In this document: positions 62,253 to 64,000 of the stretch, in pieces
Layout: each line of letters starts with the position of its first letter
Position numbering within the stretch: the stretch's first letter is position 1
Assembly (NCBI RefSeq): GCF_003334255.1
Contig: NZ_QOWU01000008.1
Direction: 5' to 3' (one strand)
DNA length: 64,000 nt
Source of the DNA: Escherichia coli
Lineage (GTDB): Bacteria; Pseudomonadota; Gammaproteobacteria; Enterobacterales; Enterobacteriaceae
Translations under genes and position numbers: made by a program
Notes under the pieces: model-generated
Databases searched by the model: none
Seen by the model: the letters and a program-made list of their open reading frames with translations, nothing else
Told to the model about the DNA's origin: nothing

Positions 62253-63041
62253 TCAGGCAGCTTTCGCGTTCTCTTCGACGCGGTTAATGCTGCGGTAGAG
62301 ATGGTCAAAACGTTCGTTATCAAACTGTTGGCTGCTGCCGTCGTAGAAGACGTGCCCCTGGCGCAGGGCGACGATGCGTTCGCAGTAGCGCAGGGCGTAA
62401 TCCACCTGATGCAGCGTGACGACCACGGTGATGCCGTCGTTCTGGTTGATGTCGCGCAGGGTGTCCATCACGATGCGCGCTGATTCTGGGTCCAGCGAGG
62501 CGATGGGTTCATCGGCCAGAATCACTTTCGCCTGCTGCATCAGCGCACGGGCAATCGCCACACGTTGCTGCTGGCCGCCGGAGAGGGTGGAAACGCGCTG
62601 ATGGGCAAAATGCACCATGCCAACGCGGGTCAGCGCCTGTAACGCGCGCTGTTTCTGCTCGCCGGTGAACCAGCTAAAACAGGTGCGCCAGAACGGCGTG
62701 CTGCCGAGCGCGCCAATCAGCACGTTCTCCAGTACGCTCAGGCGGTTCACCAGGTTGAATTGTTGGAATATGTAGCCGGTATGGGCGCGGCTTTTGCGGA
62801 TATCGCGGGCCAGGCGGCCTTCGCGCTGGACTGTGCGGCCCAGCAGCTCGATATGGCTACCGACAGATTTATCGCCGGTAATCAAACCGCTTAAGTGACG
62901 TAAAAGGGTGGATTTTCCGGAACCCGACGGCCCAAGCAGAGCCACCATTTCACCGTGATGAATGTTCAGATCAACCGCATGCAGCGCCTGATGCTGATTG
63001 AAGGTTTTGGCGAGCTTCTCGACACGGATAATCGTTTGCAT
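62253..63041 (-). CDS. phnC: phosphonate ABC transporter ATP-binding protein (262 aa)
   Basis: Walker [10 protein letters not shown], signature LSGGQQQR, Walker B ILADEP. Confidence 0.92.
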   Translation of the reverse strand: MQTIIRVEKLAKTFNQHQALHAVDLNIHHGEMVALLGPSGSGKSTLLRHLSGLITGDKSVGSHIELLGRTVQREGRLARDIRKSRAHTGYIFQQFNLVNRLSVLENVLIGALGSTPFWRTCFSWFTGEQKQRALQALTRVGMVHFAHQRVSTLSGGQQQRVAIARALMQQAKVILADEPIASLDPESARIVMDTLRDINQNDGITVVVTLHQVDYALRYCERIVALRQGHVFYDGSSQQFDNERFDHLYRSINRVEENAKAA

Positions 63042-63082
63042 GATGCAGCCTCCCTAAAAAAGTGGCTCCATCGTGGCGGATT

Positions 63083-63118
63083 ATTGTGACGATTTGGTTA
63101 ATTAAAAGTGACTAACAG
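63083..63118 (-). promoter_or_regulatory. Pho box (PhoB binding site) of the phnC promoter
   Basis: Minus strand CTGTTAGTCACTTTTAAT TAACCAAATCGTCACAAT: two direct repeats matching CTGTCAT-A(A/T)A(T/A)-CTGT(C/A)A(C/T), about 45 bp upstream of the phnC ATG. Confidence 0.8.
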
Positions 63119-63173
63119 ATGAAGAGTTAACGGGAATTCGATGACAGTGCGGGAGGGCGGGCCTCCCGGCGGG

Positions 63174-63617
63174 TTATTGCGTTGGTTGTTGTTTGACGAC
63201 ATTAATCATCCACGGTACGCCAAATTTATCGGTGACTTTGCCAAAGCCATGCGCCCAGAAAGTTTCCTGCCAGGCCATTTCGATTTTTCCGTTAGCGGCA
63301 AGATTGTCAAACCAGCGTTTTCCTTCTTCGACCTGTTGCGAATCGAGCACCAGCGTAAAGCCGGAGTAGCTGGCTTTTCCTGACGGCATGGCATCGCTCA
63401 TCATGATGTCGCTTCCGGCAATGCGCACATTGGCGTGGGCGATGGCGGTATCGGGAAATTGCATTCCGGAAGGGCAGTTCTCGGCGCTGTCCTGCGCTGA
63501 TTTTGGCATTTCGCCGAAGCTGATTTTATAGAGCAGTTCCGCGCCCAACGTACGTTGATAATAGGCAATCGCGTCGGAACAGTTACCGGCAAAAGAGAGG
63601 TAGGGACTTAACGGCAT
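63174..63617 (-). CDS. yjdN: PhnB/YjdN-like glyoxalase-fold protein (147 aa)
   Basis: Compact ORF upstream of the phn promoter; VOC/glyoxalase-like family. Confidence 0.8.
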   Translation of the reverse strand: MPLSPYLSFAGNCSDAIAYYQRTLGAELLYKISFGEMPKSAQDSAENCPSGMQFPDTAIAHANVRIAGSDIMMSDAMPSGKASYSGFTLVLDSQQVEEGKRWFDNLAANGKIEMAWQETFWAHGFGKVTDKFGVPWMINVVKQQPTQ

Positions 63618-63649
63618 GATGGTGACCTCAGTTAAGAGAAGCCAGTTAA

Positions 63650-64000
<351 letters not shown>

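Overview
This window reads as a contiguous enterobacterial chromosome segment whose gene content and order match, from memory, the Escherichia coli K-12 region running from the 3' end of dusA to yjdN. I found no evidence of an inserted, previously undescribed system; every sizeable ORF is accounted for by a recognisable gene, and the remaining long ORFs are antisense or repeat-derived artefacts. Gene calls rest on recognising the translated ORFs and the conserved neighbourhood, not on any database search. The six-frame track uses non-ATG starts and longest-ORF extension, so several starts were trimmed to the recognisable N-terminus.

Gene order, left to right: dusA (partial), pspG, qorA, dnaB, alr, tyrB, yjbS, aphA, yjbQ, yjbR, uvrA, ssb, yjcB, pdeC, soxS, soxR, ghxP, yjcE, yjcF, actP, yjcH, acs, nrfABCDEFG, gltP, yjcO, fdhF, mdtP-mdtO-mdtN-ytcA, yjcS, alsK-alsE-alsC-alsA-alsB, rpiR, rpiB, yjdP, the 14-gene phnP-to-phnC operon, and yjdN.

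The features most worth a second look are:
- **fdhF recoding:** an in-frame TGA at 36823..36825 (minus strand) splits the gene into two ORFs and is the selenocysteine codon, not a pseudogene break.
- **phnE frameshift:** three tandem 8-bp units at 60678..60701 split phnE into two overlapping frames, the cryptic K-12-type allele.
- **REP/BIME clusters:** a 113-bp-period array at 33815..34310 and another at the right edge, plus smaller REP elements in several intergenic gaps.
- **Poorly characterised genes:** the AT-rich pentapeptide-repeat gene yjcF, the charged-repeat secreted protein yjdP, and the AT-rich tyrB-aphA gap carrying yjbS.
- **Regulatory sites readable directly:** the SoxR palindrome, the uvrA/ssb LexA box, sigma54 promoters for fdhF and pspG, and the phnC Pho box.
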